From Clostridia bacterium (lineage in GTDB: Bacteria > Bacillota > Clostridia > RUG12999), in assembly GCA_045577655.1 (NCBI GenBank), contig JAZNIU010000017.1:1-55878 (forward strand): a stretch of 55,878 bases of DNA, given 5' to 3'. Position numbers and translations under genes: made by a program. The notes below the pieces were generated by a model. That model saw only the letters and a list, made by a program, of their open reading frames with translations. It ran no database searches and was not told the DNA's origin. Positions 28,148-39,600 of this stretch are shown one piece after another (within the stretch, counting starts at the first letter, position 1; every line of letters starts with the position of its first letter).

Positions 28148-29344
28148 ATGAATACTTTTTTTGCAGCAATGCTTTCTCTAAATGCAATACTTCTAATTGT
28201 TATTTTATCCGTTGTTTTTATAAAAGGCAAAGATAAAACAAATGTTGATGCTGTTATAAGAGAGGAAAATTCCAGACTCAGAACTGAAATAGACAAAAAA
28301 ATTGGAATATTTGAAAATAATGTTATTACAAGACTGGAAAACAGTTCCGGCAACCAGACAAAACAGCTCAGTGAGGTAACAAAAACCAATAACGAGGTTA
28401 TGAAAAATCTCACTGAAATGATGGAAAATAAAATGAATGTTTTGAGCAAAAACAACGAGCAGAAGCTTGAAGAAATGCGCAAAACAGTTGATGAAAAGTT
28501 GCATCAGACTTTGGAAACCAGGCTGACCGAGTCTTTTAAAACAGTTAGCGACCGACTTGAACAGGTGTATAAAGGTCTTGGAGAAATGCAGACGATTGCC
28601 CAAGGAGTAGGGGACCTTAAAAAAGTTATGAGCGGAGTTAAAACCAGAGGGATTCTTGGGGAACTTCAGCTTTCAAATATTATTGAACAGATTCTTACTC
28701 CGTCGCAGTATGAAAAGAATATTGCTTTAAAACCTGGCAGCAGAGATGTTGTGGAATTTGCAATTAAACTGCCGGGGAAAAATTCTGACCCGGTATATAT
28801 TCCTGTAGATGCAAAATTTCCTATGGAATCATATCATAGACTTTTAGACGCTTATGACGCAGGGGATGTTGACCTTGTGAATTCTGCCACAAAAGAAATA
28901 GAACAGGCGATTAAAAAGTCGGCAAAAGATATTTTGGAAAAGTACATATACCCACCCGCAACCACCGATTTCGGTATAATGTTTTTGCCGATTGAAGGGC
29001 TTTATGCAGAGGTTGTCAGAAACACTGTTTTATTTGAAACCTTGCAGAACGATTATAAAATTCTTGTTGCCGGTCCGTCCACTTTTTCTGCTCTTTTAAC
29101 AAGCTTGCAAATGGGATTTAAAACCCTTGCTATAGAAAAACGTGCTGCAGATGTATGGAACGTTCTTGCAACGGTTAAAACTGAATTTGTTAAGTTCTCT
29201 GATGTTCTTACAAGTGCACAGAACCGCATAAATCAGGCTAACAATGAAATTGACAAGCTTGTTGGTGCAAGAACTAAAAAAATTATGGTTCAGCTTAACA
29301 AAGTAAGCGACACAGACGACGCAAAAGAAATGTTGGAGGAATAG
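28148..29344 (+). CDS. rmuC: DNA recombination protein RmuC
   Basis: N-terminal TM helix and coiled coil, KTRGILGE, VEFAIKLP, PVDAKFP, MFLPIEGLYAE, GPST. Confidence 0.92.
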   Translation: MNTFFAAMLSLNAILLIVILSVVFIKGKDKTNVDAVIREENSRLRTEIDKKIGIFENNVITRLENSSGNQTKQLSEVTKTNNEVMKNLTEMMENKMNVLSKNNEQKLEEMRKTVDEKLHQTLETRLTESFKTVSDRLEQVYKGLGEMQTIAQGVGDLKKVMSGVKTRGILGELQLSNIIEQILTPSQYEKNIALKPGSRDVVEFAIKLPGKNSDPVYIPVDAKFPMESYHRLLDAYDAGDVDLVNSATKEIEQAIKKSAKDILEKYIYPPATTDFGIMFLPIEGLYAEVVRNTVLFETLQNDYKILVAGPSTFSALLTSLQMGFKTLAIEKRAADVWNVLATVKTEFVKFSDVLTSAQNRINQANNEIDKLVGARTKKIMVQLNKVSDTDDAKEMLEE

Positions 29345-29347
29345 AAA

Positions 29348-31606
29348 TTGATTAAATTATTTGAAAAAGGTGCATATTTGTGTGACGGTAAGCCTGTTAG
29401 CGAGTCGGAGCTTATAAACAAAGACAAAAGTGTTTCCAAAAAGGGAACAATGGCGTATAAAATTCTTACTGCCCATAACACATCAGGCAACGATGAAAAA
29501 CTTAAAATCAAGTTTGATGTTATGGCATCGCACGATATTACGTATGTCGGAATAATACAGACTGCAAGAGCAAGCGGGCTTGAAAAGTTTCCTGTTCCGT
29601 ATGTTTTGACAAACTGTCACAACAGTCTTTGTGCAGTTGGCGGCACAATAAACGAAGACGACCACGTTTTCGGGCTTTCTGCAGCAAAAAAATATGGCGG
29701 AATTTATGTTCCTGCACACCAGGCGGTTATTCATCAGTTTATGAGAGAAATGTTTGCCGGATGCGGCAAAATGATTTTAGGTTCGGACAGCCATACAAGA
29801 TATGGTGCGTTTGGTACAATGGCTATCGGCGAAGGCGGCCCGGAACTTGTTAAACAGCTTCTTGAAAAAACCTATGATATTGACTATCCTGAAGTTGTGA
29901 TGATATATCTTGAAGGTGAACCGGTAAACGGCGTTGGACCTCAGGACGTTGCACTTGCAATTATCGGAGAAGTTTTCAAAAACGGATATGTAAAAAACAA
30001 GGTTATGGAATTTGTTGGTCCGGGAGCTTTAAAACTCAGTATGGATTTCCGTATCGGCATTGATGTTATGACAACAGAAACAACCTGTCTATCTTCTGTA
30101 TGGGCAACTGACGATAAAACAAAACAGTATCTTAAGATACACGGAAGAGAAGAGGCATATAAACCTATGGCTCCGGAAGAAGGAGCATATTATGACGGCG
30201 TGGTTGTTGTAAACCTTTCCAAAATCAGACCAATGATTGCAATGCCTTTCCATCCCAGCAACACATACACCATTGATGAAGTTAATAAAAATGCAAAAGA
30301 CATTCTGCACGAGGTTGAAGTTCAGGCAAAAGCACAGCTTGACTCTCCAAACATCGATTTTAAACTCACAAACAAAATTGTTGATGGCAAAATTGTTGTT
30401 GACCAGGGTGTTATTGCAGGATGTGCAGGCGGTGGATTTGAAAACCTTGTATATGCCTCGGAAATACTTGCAAATAAGAGTATTGGCAATGGCGAATTTG
30501 CGCTTAGTGCATATCCGGCAAGCCAGCCTGTCTTTTTAGAGCTTGTTAAAAACGGTGCAATAACAAAGCTTATGTCGGCGGGTGTTACTGTCAGAACGGC
30601 ATTTTGCGGACCTTGTTTCGGAGCAGGGGATGTTCCTGCAAATAATGCACTCAGTATCAGACATTCAACAAGAAACTTCCCCAACAGAGAGGGGTCAAAA
30701 CCCGGACAGGGACAGATTTCCTCGGTTGCTCTTATGGATGCCCGTTCAATCGCAGCTACAGCAGCAAACGGTGGTGTGCTTACTCCTGCAACAGAGCTTG
30801 ATATTTCTTTTAAAATGCCGGAATACAGCTTTGATGACTCTGCATACACCAGTAGACTCTATAATGGTTTCGGTAAAGCAGATGAAAATGCTGAACTGAA
30901 ATTTGGTCCAAATATTGCTGACTGGCCTGAGATGTCAGAGCTTACTGACAATTTAATCTTGAAAGTTGTCAGTGAAATACACGATCCGGTTACAACAACA
31001 GACGAGCTTATTCCCTCGGGAGAAACATCTTCCTATCGTTCAAACCCGCTTAAACTTGCGGAATTTGCACTTTCAAGAAAAGACCCTGAATATGTTGGTA
31101 AAGCGAAGAAAGTTCAGGTCTATGAAAAAGAAAGACTTGCGGGCAAAAATCCTGAAACGGTAGACGACGAAATAAAGAATGTGTTTGACAAAATCAGAAA
31201 AATTGTTCCCGGCATAGTTCCTGAAGAAACAGCAATCGGCAGTACAATTTTTGCTGTGAAACCGGGTGACGGCTCTGCAAGAGAGCAAGCAGCTTCCTGC
31301 CAAAAAGTACTTGGCGGTTTTGCCAATATTGCAAACGAATATGCAACGAAAAGATACAGAAGCAATCTTATAAACTGGGGTATGATACCGTTTGTTATTG
31401 ACGGAGATAATCTTCCTTTTAAAAACGGCGATTATATTTTTGTTAAAGATGTTAAAAATGCTATTAAAAACAAGCAGGATAAATTTGATGCATATATCGT
31501 AAATGATGATATGAAATCCTTTGAACTTAAAATTTCTGACTTAACAGATGACGAAAGAGAAATCATTCTCTCCGGATGTCTTATAAATTTTTACAAAAAA
31601 AAGTAA
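29348..31606 (+). CDS. Aconitase-family hydratase (YbhJ-like)
   Basis: SHDIT, NCHNS, GSDSHT, GCAGG, FCGPCFG, RNFPNR, TTTDE, GSAREQA. Confidence 0.88.
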   Translation: MIKLFEKGAYLCDGKPVSESELINKDKSVSKKGTMAYKILTAHNTSGNDEKLKIKFDVMASHDITYVGIIQTARASGLEKFPVPYVLTNCHNSLCAVGGTINEDDHVFGLSAAKKYGGIYVPAHQAVIHQFMREMFAGCGKMILGSDSHTRYGAFGTMAIGEGGPELVKQLLEKTYDIDYPEVVMIYLEGEPVNGVGPQDVALAIIGEVFKNGYVKNKVMEFVGPGALKLSMDFRIGIDVMTTETTCLSSVWATDDKTKQYLKIHGREEAYKPMAPEEGAYYDGVVVVNLSKIRPMIAMPFHPSNTYTIDEVNKNAKDILHEVEVQAKAQLDSPNIDFKLTNKIVDGKIVVDQGVIAGCAGGGFENLVYASEILANKSIGNGEFALSAYPASQPVFLELVKNGAITKLMSAGVTVRTAFCGPCFGAGDVPANNALSIRHSTRNFPNREGSKPGQGQISSVALMDARSIAATAANGGVLTPATELDISFKMPEYSFDDSAYTSRLYNGFGKADENAELKFGPNIADWPEMSELTDNLILKVVSEIHDPVTTTDELIPSGETSSYRSNPLKLAEFALSRKDPEYVGKAKKVQVYEKERLAGKNPETVDDEIKNVFDKIRKIVPGIVPEETAIGSTIFAVKPGDGSAREQAASCQKVLGGFANIANEYATKRYRSNLINWGMIPFVIDGDNLPFKNGDYIFVKDVKNAIKNKQDKFDAYIVNDDMKSFELKISDLTDDEREIILSGCLINFYKKK

Positions 31607-31614
31607 AAAAACTA

Positions 31615-31643
31615 TTGATATCTAAAACAAAACGTGTTATAAT
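31615..31643 (+). promoter_or_regulatory. Sigma-A promoter of secG
   Basis: TTGATA, 17 nt, TATAAT with extended TGn. Confidence 0.75.
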
Positions 31644-31678
31644 ATGATATTATAATCAAAAAAATTCGGAGGTATTTT

Positions 31679-31930
31679 ATGAATACAGCAATGACAATCG
31701 TGGGTATATTACATATACTCGTTTCCATCGTTATTATTCTGCTCATTTTGCTCCAGTCCGGAAAAGCTGCAGGTTTGTCCGGTGCAATCAGCGGCGCGGC
31801 AGATTCTTTCTTTGGAAAAAACAAGGGCAGAACACTTGATGCAATTTTTGCAAGATTCACAAAGATATGTGCAGTTGTTTTTCTTCTCACTTCTTTGTTC
31901 CTTGCGTATGGTGATTCTGTTATAAAGTAA
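31679..31930 (+). CDS. secG: Preprotein translocase subunit SecG
   Basis: Two TM helices, LLQSGKAAGLSGAISG, GKNKGRTLD..FT. Confidence 0.93.
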   Translation: MNTAMTIVGILHILVSIVIILLILLQSGKAAGLSGAISGAADSFFGKNKGRTLDAIFARFTKICAVVFLLTSLFLAYGDSVIK

Positions 31931-31972
31931 TATAACGCTTTCAGCAGATTTTTTGGCTGAATAAAAAAGAAT

Positions 31973-32004
31973 AAAAGCATCCTTAATTTTTCAGGATGCT
32001 TTTT
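31973..32004. terminator. Bidirectional terminator between secG and spoVAC
   Basis: AAAAGCATCCT...AGGATGCTTTT. Confidence 0.85.
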
Positions 32005-32018
32005 GTTTAATAGTCTTC

Positions 32019-32450
32019 TTATTTGAAGAAAAAGTGCAATAACCCGATTATTACGGATGAAATTGTTCCGTAGACAATAACCGGTCCGGCTATTGCGAAC
32101 ATTTTTGCGCCAACTCCCATTACATATCCATCACTTTTAAATTCCATCGCGGGAGAAACTATTGAGTTTGCAAAACCGGTAATTGGTACGGCTGTTCCGG
32201 CACCTCCGTGCTTACCGATCTTATCGTAGACACCAAGACCGGTGAGGAGGGCTCCGATAAAAATTAAAAGAATTGATGTGTAGGAAGCAGCAGTTTTTTC
32301 CGGCATATCCATTGAAAGAAAAAACTGTCTTACAACCTCGCCGACAGTGCAGATTGTTCCGCCGAACAAAAATGCTTTCGGAATGTTAAGATACCACTTT
32401 GAACCGGGTGATTTTTTCTCAACAAGTCTGCTATATTCTTTTTTGTTCAA
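32019..32450 (-). CDS. spoVAC: Stage V sporulation protein AC
   Basis: AFLFGGTIC, LTGLGVYDKI, GAGTAVPITGFANS, GAKMFAIAGPV. TTG 32450 follows GGGGGTG. Confidence 0.92.
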   Translation of the reverse strand: MNKKEYSRLVEKKSPGSKWYLNIPKAFLFGGTICTVGEVVRQFFLSMDMPEKTAASYTSILLIFIGALLTGLGVYDKIGKHGGAGTAVPITGFANSIVSPAMEFKSDGYVMGVGAKMFAIAGPVIVYGTISSVIIGLLHFFFK

Positions 32451-32599
32451 ACTATCACCCCCGTGCATACAAATATTTTTCCTGAACTTTTTTTAGGAAC
32501 GGAAGACAGTGCTCCGAGATAGACCAAAAAGACTAAAAGTATACTTAGAAGTATTGCACAGAATATATTTAACAAACGATATTTATTTTTTGATTGCAT
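32447..32599 (-). CDS. Small 50-aa single-TM protein (absent from the ORF track)
   Basis: MQSKNKYRLLNIFCAILLSILLVFLVYLGALSSVPKKSSGKIFVCTGVIV*; SD GAAAGGA; its TGA overlaps the spoVAC TTG start. Confidence 0.65.
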   Translation of the reverse strand: MQSKNKYRLLNIFCAILLSILLVFLVYLGALSSVPKKSSGKIFVCTGVIV

Positions 32600-32689
32600 A
32601 ACAGTATCCTTTCATACTTTGTATTATTAGCCTTTCAAATAGTAAAAAAAATATACCTATCGCTTTTTAAGAAAAAGGGAGGACTAAGC

Positions 32690-33358
32690 TTGATTTCAAA
32701 CGACTGGAATGAAGTTTTAAAAGAAGAGTTTCAAAAAGACTATTTTAAAAGGATTTTTGCTTTTCTGGAAAATGAATATAATACCAAAAAAATTTTTCCG
32801 CCCAAAGACAAAATCTTTTCTGCACTTGAATTTTCATCTTTTTCGGAAACAAAAGTGGTTATTTTAGGGCAGGACCCGTACCATGGCGAAGGACAAGCTC
32901 ATGGACTTTCTTTTTCAGTTCCTCCTGGAATTGAAGTGCCCCCATCTCTTAAAAATATGTTTAAAGAACTGCAGAGTGACGTTGGTTTTGCTATTCCCAA
33001 CCATGGATATCTGATTGACTGGGCAAAACAGGGCGTGTTGCTTCTTAATGCGACACTGACAGTTGAAGAGGCGAAAGCAAATTCGCATTTAAAAATCGGC
33101 TGGACCACGTTTACCGATAAAATAATAGAAAAATTAAATGAGAGAAAAGACCCTGTCATCTTTGTTCTTTGGGGAAACAATGCCAGAGACAAACTTTCTC
33201 TTATCACTTCTCCGCAGCATTTTGTATTGTGTGCAGCCCATCCAAGTCCGCTCTCTGCAAGTCGTGGTTTCTTTGGCTGCAGACACTTTTCAAAGATAAA
33301 TACCATTTTAAAATCTTTAGATAAACAGCCGATAAACTGGAAACTTGAAATGATATGA
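32690..33358 (+). CDS. ung: Uracil-DNA glycosylase (family 1)
   Basis: GQDPYH, QAHGLSFS, PPSL, GVLLLN, HPSPLS. TTG 32690 follows GGAGG. Confidence 0.95.
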   Translation: MISNDWNEVLKEEFQKDYFKRIFAFLENEYNTKKIFPPKDKIFSALEFSSFSETKVVILGQDPYHGEGQAHGLSFSVPPGIEVPPSLKNMFKELQSDVGFAIPNHGYLIDWAKQGVLLLNATLTVEEAKANSHLKIGWTTFTDKIIEKLNERKDPVIFVLWGNNARDKLSLITSPQHFVLCAAHPSPLSASRGFFGCRHFSKINTILKSLDKQPINWKLEMI

Positions 33359-34125
33359 ACATAAAAGAAAAAATTAAACTTTCGGCAGAAAAACTTGGAA
33401 TTGATTGTTGCGGTGTTACAAACTACTGTTGCAACAGTTTTATTGTTTGTCTTTTTCCATACTATATTTCATTTGAAAAAGGCAATATTTCACGATATGC
33501 TGCAGTTAAAGACTATCATAAGATTTGCAAACAATATCTTGTGCAGATTGCTGAAAATGCTGATATTACTGATTATGATGTGTTTGCAGACATTTCACCC
33601 TATAACGAAAGAGAACTTGCAAAAAATGCAGGACTTGGCGTTATTGGCAAAAACGGTCTCTTAATTAACAAAAAATATGGAAGCTATGTATTTATTGGAC
33701 TTATTCGTTTAAATAAAACTCTTTTGGAAGAAGACATGCCTTGCACAGAACAATGTCTTGAGTGCGGCAAATGCGTAAAAGGATGTCCGACAGGCGCATT
33801 GGCAGACGACACTTTTTTAAAAGAAAAATGTTTGTCTCACATAACCCAAAAAAAAGGCACGCTTTCGGGATGGGAAGAAGAAATGATTAAAACGGGCGGT
33901 ATGGTCTGGGGATGCGACAGATGTTCAGAAAACTGTCCGATGAACAAAAACGTGCAGGAAACACCAATCAAAGAATTTAAAGAAGACATTTTAAAATCTG
34001 TCTTTTTAAAAGATATATGTGATTTATCAAACAAAGAATTTCTGGAAAAATATTCAGAAAAGGCTTTTACTTGGCGTGGAAAGTCTGTGCTAAAACGAAA
34101 TTGCAAAATAATAGAAGAAATATAA
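33355..34125 (+). CDS. queG: Epoxyqueuosine reductase QueG-like Fe-S protein (short form)
   Basis: ISRYA..DYH, AGLGVIGKNGLLI..YGSYVF, CLECGKCVKGCPTGAL, CLSHITQ, WGCDRCSENCPMN. Confidence 0.8.
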   Translation: MNIKEKIKLSAEKLGIDCCGVTNYCCNSFIVCLFPYYISFEKGNISRYAAVKDYHKICKQYLVQIAENADITDYDVFADISPYNERELAKNAGLGVIGKNGLLINKKYGSYVFIGLIRLNKTLLEEDMPCTEQCLECGKCVKGCPTGALADDTFLKEKCLSHITQKKGTLSGWEEEMIKTGGMVWGCDRCSENCPMNKNVQETPIKEFKEDILKSVFLKDICDLSNKEFLEKYSEKAFTWRGKSVLKRNCKIIEEI

Positions 34126-34157
34126 TATGTGCCTAACATGGCGGAAAGGAAATTGAT

Positions 34158-35660
34158 ATGGCTTTTTATTTCAAAGAACCTTCACACACTTTTGGAGAAT
34201 ATCTGCTTGTACCGGGTTATTCTTCCGACAAATGTATCCCTGCAAACGTTGATCTTTCAACACCACTTGTAAAATATAAAAAAGGGGAAGAATGTCCCCT
34301 TAAAATAAACATTCCTCTTGTCTCTGCTATCATGCAGTCTGTTTCTGACGATCGTATGGCAGTTGCACTTGCAAAAGAGGGCGGTATTTCCTTCATTTAT
34401 GGTTCACAGTCTATAAAAGACGAAGCAGAAATGGTAGCAAGAGTTAAAAACTATAAAGCAGGATTTGTTACAAGCGATTCTAACATCACTCCTGATGCTA
34501 CTCTTCAGGATGTTCTTGACTTAACAGAAAAAACAGGACATTCCACTATCGCTGTAACAGAAGACGGCAGTGCAAACGGAAAACTTATCGGTATTGTTAC
34601 AAGCAGAGATTATCGTATAAGCAGAATGACAACCGACATCAAAGTTTCCGAGTTTATGACAAAGTTTGAAGACCTTGTTTTTGCTTATGACGGAATCTCT
34701 CTTGCAGAAGCAAATGATGTTATTTGGGAAAACAAATTAAACCAACTGCCGATTATCACAAAAGACGGTCATCTTAAACATATGGTTTTCAGAAAAGACT
34801 ATTCTTTCCATAAGGAAAACAGACTCGAACTTCTTGATTCGTCAAAAAGATATATTGTAGGAGCCGGAATTAACACAAGAGACTTTGCGGAAAGAGTACC
34901 TGCGCTTATTGAAGCAGGTGCAGATGTTCTTTGTATTGACTCTTCCGAAGGTTTTTCCGAATGGCAGAAGATAACACTTGATTATATTAAAAAGAATTAT
35001 GGCGACTCCGTTAAAGTGGGTGCAGGCAACGTTGTTGACAAGGAAGGATTTTTGTTCCTCGCTGAAGCAGGTGCAGATTTCATAAAAGTTGGTATAGGCG
35101 GCGGTTCAATCTGTATCACCCGTGAACAAAAGGGTATAGGTCGCGGACAGGCTACAGCTCTCATAGAGGTTGCCGAAGCAAGAAACGAATATTATGAAAA
35201 AACAGGCATATACATTCCTATTTGTTCTGACGGTGGTATTGTTTACGATTATCATATGACACTTGCACTTGCAATGGGAGCAGACTTTATTATGCTCGGA
35301 AGATATTTTGCAAGATTTGATGAAAGCCCCACAAACAAACTCAACATCAACGGAAGTTATGTTAAAGAGTATTGGGGAGAAGGTTCAAACAGAGCAAGAA
35401 ACTGGCAGAGATATGATATGGGCGGAGACAAAAAGCTTTCTTTTGAAGAGGGCGTTGATTCTTATGTTCCATATGCAGGAAGCCTTAAAGACAACGTAAC
35501 ACTCTCTCTTAACAAGGTTCGTTCTACAATGTGCAACTGCGGAGTTCTTTCTATTCCCGAACTTCACGAAAAAGCAAAGCTTACTCTTGTTTCGGCAACA
35601 AGTATTGTTGAAGGCGGAGCTCACGACGTTATCCAGAAAGAAAAACAAAATATTAACTGA
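34158..35660 (+). CDS. guaB: IMP dehydrogenase
   Basis: PLVSAIM, CBS pair, [24 protein letters not shown]. Confidence 0.93.
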   Translation: MAFYFKEPSHTFGEYLLVPGYSSDKCIPANVDLSTPLVKYKKGEECPLKINIPLVSAIMQSVSDDRMAVALAKEGGISFIYGSQSIKDEAEMVARVKNYKAGFVTSDSNITPDATLQDVLDLTEKTGHSTIAVTEDGSANGKLIGIVTSRDYRISRMTTDIKVSEFMTKFEDLVFAYDGISLAEANDVIWENKLNQLPIITKDGHLKHMVFRKDYSFHKENRLELLDSSKRYIVGAGINTRDFAERVPALIEAGADVLCIDSSEGFSEWQKITLDYIKKNYGDSVKVGAGNVVDKEGFLFLAEAGADFIKVGIGGGSICITREQKGIGRGQATALIEVAEARNEYYEKTGIYIPICSDGGIVYDYHMTLALAMGADFIMLGRYFARFDESPTNKLNINGSYVKEYWGEGSNRARNWQRYDMGGDKKLSFEEGVDSYVPYAGSLKDNVTLSLNKVRSTMCNCGVLSIPELHEKAKLTLVSATSIVEGGAHDVIQKEKQNIN

Positions 35661-35663
35661 TTT

Positions 35664-35693
35664 AAAAACCCGAACTCTCGTTCGGGTTTTTTT
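35664..35693. terminator. Bidirectional terminator
   Basis: AAAAACCCGAAC-TCTC-GTTCGGGTTTTT. Confidence 0.88.
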
Positions 35694-36519
35694 ATATATA
35701 AAAATCATGTTCGCCGATAGTTGTAAAATAGTCTCTGTTTTCCGGTATCCACAGACTTTGCGACTTTTCAGGGTTTAAAAAGTAGAGACACTCTCCGACC
35801 ACGTTTTCGCCCTCAAGACAAAGCTTTGCAGCAAGATATGAATCACGGCTTGGTTCTTTATATATCGTACCGTTTGCAACAGGTTGAAACTGAACACCAA
35901 ATTTTTTGTCAAAGATTACAGAATATATGGTGTTGGGATAGTTTTCGTGTTTTACCCGATTTAAAACTACATTACCAACAGCGATTTTCCCATCCATTGA
36001 CTGAGTTTCACTTTCGGCAGAAATAATTTTGGCGAGCCAGTAAATTTCATCATCGCTATATGCTCTTTTAAGAATTATTTCGTCCGGCAAAGTTATTTGG
36101 TCGCATGTTAAAATGACAGTAAAATAGTTTTCCTCCCAATCAACTTCGGCCCCCATATTTTCTGCAAGAAACCGTAGCGGCAAATAGCTTCGATCGTCAA
36201 AAATTTTTGCATTGCCGCGGATTTCGGTTTCTATTCCGTTGACAATAGCTGTGCTTTCGTTTATTTTGAAAGTAAAAATATTTCCGTTGTGCAAAACAGT
36301 TACCTGCTTGTTTGCTTCATCCCAGACAACATCTGCAGAAAAAATTTCACAAAATAACCTGACAGGAAGATATGTAGTCCCGTTTAAAAGAATAGGTTTT
36401 GATGAGAAGTTTATATATTCGTTATTAAATTTAACCGATACAGGTATATCTCTTGCAAAAGCATACATTCCTACAATAAACAAAAAGATTATAGAACAAA
36501 AAAGAAGTTTTAATTTCAT
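35692..36519 (-). CDS. Secreted cell-wall hydrolase (SleB/Hydrolase_2) with copper-amine-oxidase N-terminal (stalk) domain
   Basis: Signal peptide; GTTYLPVR and RSYLPLRFLAE stalk repeats; LAKIISAES, AVGNVVLNRV..YPNTI, QF, LYFLNP, IGEHDFY. Confidence 0.88.
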   Translation of the reverse strand: MKLKLLFCSIIFLFIVGMYAFARDIPVSVKFNNEYINFSSKPILLNGTTYLPVRLFCEIFSADVVWDEANKQVTVLHNGNIFTFKINESTAIVNGIETEIRGNAKIFDDRSYLPLRFLAENMGAEVDWEENYFTVILTCDQITLPDEIILKRAYSDDEIYWLAKIISAESETQSMDGKIAVGNVVLNRVKHENYPNTIYSVIFDKKFGVQFQPVANGTIYKEPSRDSYLAAKLCLEGENVVGECLYFLNPEKSQSLWIPENRDYFTTIGEHDFYI

Positions 36520-36569
36520 AAAAAACACCTCCGGTTATTAAGTATAACTTAAAGTCGGAGGTGTTTGCA
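36520..36569 (-). promoter_or_regulatory. Hairpin and U-run sequestering the SD of the hydrolase gene (probable mfd terminator)
   Basis: AAACACCTCCG (36523-36533) / CGGAGGTGTTT (36556-36566). On the minus strand GGAGGTG is in the 3' arm, followed by T6 and ATG. Confidence 0.65.
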
Positions 36570-36610
36570 ATGTAAAGATTATCCTAAAAATATATAAAAA
36601 TCCTGAAATG

Positions 36611-39600
36611 TTATTTTTCTTCAGAATATTCAATATATTTTTCCAGAATTTGTTTAACGGTGGAAAAAATTGTGTCGGGGGAAGAGGGAATGCCCGATAC
36701 CGAAAGGTATGGTTTTGCTCCGCCGCTAAAAAATATTCTACCAGGTAAGAAGGAAGCGAGTTTCATTATTATATTGCCGTCAATGTTGGAAGACGGATCG
36801 AAAATTAACAGAATTTTTGCGCCTTTTTGAGAAACTTCGCAAAAACCGGCTCTTGATGCAAGAGAACGGATAAGAGAGATTTCTATAAGATTAACAACAC
36901 TTTTCGGTGGAGCGCCAAACCTGTCAATTATTTCATCAATAACAGATTCTTTGTCTGACTCGCTGCAAATAGAAGCGATTTTTTTATATATTTCAATTCT
37001 TATATTGTGAGAAGAAATATATTCTTCCGGAATAAAAGCATCTGCTTTTATGTCCACGGAAGTTAAAACATCCTGCTCTTCGGGCAAACCTTTAGCGTCT
37101 GCAACGGCATCTTTAAGCAGTTTGCAGTACATATCATATCCTACCGCGTCCATATCACCGTGCTGTTCAGCACCAAGCATATTTCCGGCACCTCTGATTT
37201 CAAGGTCGCGCATTGCAATTTTAAAGCCGGAACCAAACTCTGTAAATTCGCGTATTGCTGTGAGCCTTTTTAAAGCCGTTTCGGTAAGTGCTTTGTCTTT
37301 TCTGTAGGTCAGATACGCATAGGCAACTCTGTTTGAACGACCAACTCTTCCTCTGAGTTGATAGAGCTGAGACAGACCCATCTGGTCTGAGTTTTCAATT
37401 ATTATGGTGTTGATATTTGGAATATCAAGTCCGGTCTCTATTATGGTTGTACAAACCAGGATGTCTATGTCTCCGTTTAATGTTTGCATCATAACATCTT
37501 CCAGCTCGCGTTCGCTCATCTGACCGTGACCAACGGCAATCCGCGCATTTGGTGCCATTTCCTGAAGCCTGTTTGCAACCTTGTATATTCCTTCAACACG
37601 ATTATATACATAATAAACCTGACCGTTTCTTCCAAGCTCTTTTAAGATGGCATCTCTTACAACAGAATTGTCATATTCCAGAATATATGTCTGAACGGGA
37701 TATCTGTCTTCGGGTGGTTGAGCGATTATACTCATATCACGGACACCTACGAGGGACATGTGAAGAGTTCTGGGAATTGGTGTAGCCGAAAGTGTTAACA
37801 CATCAACGTCCTTTTTAAGCTCCTTTATAAGCTCTTTGTGGGTCACACCAAAACGTTGTTCTTCGTCAATTATAAGAAGACCGAGGTTTTTAAACTTAAT
37901 ATCTTTTTGCAAAATGCGGTGTGTGCCGATTATAACGTCAACTTCGCCGGTAGCAATTTTTTCTGCAATTTTTTTCTGCTGCGCACTTGTGCGGAATCGG
38001 GACATCATCTCAACGTTAATGGGGAAGTCCTGCATACGCTGAACAAATGTGTTAAAATGTTGTTGTGCAAGTATAGTGGTAGGAACAAGGTATGCAACCT
38101 GTTTGCTGTCCATGAGAGCTTTAAATGCTGCGCGAAGAGCAACTTCCGTCTTGCCGAATCCAACATCGCCACAAAGAAGTCTGTCCATAGGAAGCTCGCT
38201 TTCCATATCTTTTTTAACTTCTTCTATGCATTTGAGCTGGTCAGGCGTTTCTTCATACTGAAAGTTATCTTCAAATTGTTTCTGCCAATCATTGTCTGGC
38301 GAAAAAGCAAACCCTTTTTGCTGCGAACGGGCACTGTATAGTTTGATAAGACGGTCAGCTACATCTTTAAGAGATTTTTTAACTTTGTTTTTTACTCTTG
38401 AAAATTCAGCTCCGCCCATTTTGTTTAATTTGACTTCGTGTCCTTCGCCCGTCATATATTTATTGACGGCGTCAAGAGAGGTTGCAGGAACATATAAAAT
38501 GTCTGCACCTTTATATTTAATTTTAAGATAATCTTTTGTAAGTCCGTCTACAACAATTCGCTCAAGTCCGAGATATTGACCAATTCCGTGAACCTGGTGA
38601 ACAATATAGTCGCCCTCCGAAAGGTCAGCAAAAGATTTGATTTTTATTCCCGGCATTGAAGAAGCAGTTTTTCGGTGTTTTATAGCGCCAAAAGCTTCTG
38701 ATGAAGAAATAACCGCAACGCCAACAAGCGGATATTCAAAGCCTTTTGAAATGTTGCCCGTTGTGACAACTGTTTCTCCGGGATTTGCAAAACGACTTTC
38801 TATAGATAATACAGCAGTGATGTTGTTGTCTGATAATGTTTTGTAAAATGCTTCTGCTCTTGTTTTACTTCCTGAAAGAATGGTTATTGCATAATTCTTA
38901 TCTTTCCAGTGTTTAATATCTGTTAAAACAAGGTCTAACTTTCCGCTATATGACGGTATGCTGCGCGATGCAATATTAAACATATGTGTTTTCTTGAAAA
39001 GTCCGCTGTCGGAAGAAATATTGTCAAGAGCGATTATGGTCAGCGGAAGGGAAGAGATGGATTTTTTAATGTTAGAAACATAAAGTCCGTCAAGTATTGG
39101 CATTGAACCGTTTTCCGCAAAAGATGTAACGTTATTTAAAATTTCTGTGTTGTAGTTTACTTCCGCTTCTTTTATCCCTGACGGATAATTTAAAAACAAG
39201 GTAAAATTTTCATCAAGATATTCAAGAACTGACGGTATATTTTTATAAATCAGCGGAAGATATCTGTCAAGTGCAGGGAAATAGATGTGTTCGTTTATCA
39301 TCTCAAGATCTCTGTTTGTCCATTCGGCTTCAGGATATTTTGACAGGCTTTCATAAAGCCCATCAAAGTCTTCGCAAATAAGCTCGCGACAACATGATAT
39401 TTTGCATGAACCAACCGAATTTTCCGAAAGCTGAGTTTCCGGGTCAAAAAGACGTATGGTATCAATTTCGTCGTCAAAAAGCTCAATTCTGACGGGTTTT
39501 TCATTTGTTGGCGGGAAAATATCAATTATTCCGCCGCGAAGAGAAAACTGGGATTTTCCTTCAACCATATCGCAACGTTTATATCCCATCTGAATAAATT

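Noticed and set aside
34126-34157. Possible purine riboswitch before guaB
   Set aside because: The intergenic gap is only about 32 nt with no aptamer or terminator.
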